Source: Candidatus Adlerbacteria bacterium (GTDB lineage Bacteria > Patescibacteriota > Minisyncoccia > Phycocordibacterales > SBAW01). From it: DNA of 64,000 bases. The notes under the pieces are model-generated. The model had not been told where the DNA came from. It did no database searches and saw only the letters and a list, made by a program, of their open reading frames with translations. The stretch covers positions 77,621 to 141,620 of the forward strand of contig JARIGK010000004.1 in the NCBI GenBank assembly GCA_029288895.1. The letters run 5' to 3'. The stretch's first letter is position 1; every line of letters begins with the position of its first letter. The position numbers were made by a program, and so were the translations under genes. Below, one piece after another: positions 62,840-64,000 of this stretch.

Positions 62840-63469
62840 TTAGTTGGTCTTGAAGGTTGTAGGCCACGTGACCGAAACACCGGATGGGCCGATCGATTCG
62901 ATCATGTAGTAGTACGTCGTGCTTGCAGTGGTGTTGGTCAAGCCAAGCGAGTTGTTGGTGCCTGCGCCGGTCGTCATGCTCATGACGCCCGAGCCGCTGA
63001 TGTTCGGAGCTTTGCCAGGGCCGGTCGCTTCCGTCACAACCAGCGGCGAGGTGCTGTAGTAGACAACACCGGTTGCGGTCTGGTTGGTGTTCCAGAGCAC
63101 GTTCATGCCGCTGTTGTTTGGTGCCAACGTAACGTTCGAGATAATTGGTGCGCCGCCAACAGATGCGGTGCCGCCGTAGACCTCGTTAAATTTGGCGATA
63201 GTCATAGGGCCGACACGACCAACCTGCGGCAAACCGTACTTCGCCTGGAAGCGCGACACTGCGGCTGCTGTCATCGAGCCGAAGTAGCCCGTGACCAAAC
63301 CCTGCGGGTATATAGACGAGTCTGTTGCAAGCGTCTGCTGCAGTGTTGTCACATCAGCGTTGCGCGAGCCGACACTCATCTGGCTGGAGATGGATGCCGC
63401 AAGCGCAGGGGCAGCAAAGGAAAGTGCTGCAATGGCGCCAACGAGAGAAAGAGCGAATTGCTTTTTCAT
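62840..63469 (-). CDS. secreted protein: signal peptide + PG_binding_1 + FN3-like domain
   Basis: Start at Met 63469 (MKKQFALSLVGAIAALSFAAPALA). 'TTLQQTLATDSSIYPQGLVTGYFGSMTAAAVSRFQAKYGLPQVGRVGPMT' is PGBD-like, paralogous to the 30999 and 32126 proteins. C-terminal beta-sandwich-like domain. Confidence 0.65.
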   Translation of the reverse strand: MKKQFALSLVGAIAALSFAAPALAASISSQMSVGSRNADVTTLQQTLATDSSIYPQGLVTGYFGSMTAAAVSRFQAKYGLPQVGRVGPMTIAKFNEVYGGTASVGGAPIISNVTLAPNNSGMNVLWNTNQTATGVVYYSTSPLVVTEATGPGKAPNISGSGVMSMTTGAGTNNSLGLTNTTASTTYYYMIESIGPSGVSVTWPTTFKTN

Positions 63470-63640
63470 AAATATTTTATTAATAACGGCTAATGGGTAA
63501 CCTACTCGCACGCGGATACTGACGAGCAGATGATTGATTCATTACACGCATCCGTTCGTCTTAATACAAAGCTCATCAATAGCTTGCTACACCTATAGAG
63601 GCGTGAACAAATTACATCGTGCACTAATCTATTTTTTCGT

Positions 63641-63913
63641 ATGGCAACGATTATCGACGACAATGCAGCGGTCGTAGAACGCGTGCGCAGTGAGGATTCG
63701 TCTTCGGGCTGGATCGTGGCAATCGTGATACTGCTCTTGGTTATAGTGGGTGGCGTGTTTGCATGGATGCGCTACCACCCGCGCACAGCAGCGCCTGCAT
63801 CAAACGGCGGCGCAAGCATCAACGTGACGCTCCCGGCGGGCGGCGGTTCGAACGCGGGCGGCTCAAGTGGTGGCACTACTGGCAGTTCTAATTCTGGCGG
63901 AAGCGCCCAATAA
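63641..63913 (+). CDS. small membrane protein with Gly/Ser-rich tail (90 aa)
   Basis: TM 'WIVAIVILLLVIVGGVFAWM' and a C-terminal GGSNAGGSSGGTTGSSNSGGS tail. Confidence 0.4.
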   Translation: MATIIDDNAAVVERVRSEDSSSGWIVAIVILLLVIVGGVFAWMRYHPRTAAPASNGGASINVTLPAGGGSNAGGSSGGTTGSSNSGGSAQ

Positions 63914-63915
63914 TA

Positions 63916-64000
63916 TGTTGGCATTCCTTGGCTCGTATGCGCTCGCGTCGTTCCTTGGAGGCGGCATTATCTTGGCCCTTATCATCTACTTCCTCTTCTT
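63916..64000 (+). CDS. membrane protein, 5' fragment (continues beyond window)
   Basis: ATG 63916. The hydrophobic 'MLAFLGSYALASFLGGGIILALIIYFLF' has no stop before the window end. Confidence 0.3.

Noticed and set aside
1-64000. CRISPR arrays, rRNA and tRNA genes
   Set aside because: No regularly spaced direct repeats with unique spacers. No GGTTCGAATCC/ATTCC-type T-loops in tRNA-like context. No 16S/23S/5S signature stretches were seen on either strand.

Overview
This is a 64-kb bacterial chromosomal window dominated by housekeeping genes. Several signals point to a Candidate Phyla Radiation (Patescibacteria) genome: rpsE is followed directly by rplO with no L30 gene, ComEC is short, r-proteins carry N- or C-terminal extensions, and many genes lack Shine-Dalgarno sequences. 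I found no rRNA or tRNA genes and no CRISPR array.

The plus strand carries the nearly complete str-S10-spc ribosomal superoperon: rpsL-rpsG ... fusA ... tuf ... rpsJ-rplC-rplD-rplW-rplB ... rpsS-rplV-rpsC-rplP-rpmC-rpsQ-rplN-rplX-rplE ... rpsN-rpsH-rplF-rplR-rpsE-rplO-secY ... adk-map. Other recognisable genes include rny, clpP, tig, ppa, nusA, tpiA, pgk, recJ, rnhA, comEC, sodA, rpmB, ndk, rplT-rpmI-infC, an ECF sigma factor with anti-sigma factor, hup and pheA.

The most striking feature is that the superoperon is interrupted at seven junctions that are normally tight, by short self-contained modules. Each module is a small gene or genes of unknown function with its own RBS, a near-consensus sigma70 promoter, and a GC hairpin followed by TTTTTCTTTT. 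The largest is 3.4 kb with five genes between rplE and rpsN. A second module between rplB and rpsS is flanked by a 34-bp direct repeat. The r-protein block downstream of four of these junctions (rpsJ, rplC, rpsS, rpsN) starts with its own near-consensus promoter.

A separate AT-rich islet at 6.2-8.1 kb holds four unrelated small ORFs. A repeated module precedes three of them: a stem-loop, the conserved 11-mer TCTCTATTGAG, and about 45 nt of semi-conserved sequence.

Other notable items:
- A GspE/PilB-like ATPase with substituted catalytic motifs, translationally coupled to a Ser/Thr/Cys-rich secreted protein, in a GC-rich patch.
- A family of peptidoglycan-binding secreted proteins, one of them 711 aa and highly repetitive.
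- A divergent promoter region rich in TTGAC palindromes with a leaderless regulator gene.
- A leaderless ECF sigma gene with an ECF-type promoter.
- Several unlisted small ORFs under 60 aa with strong RBSs.
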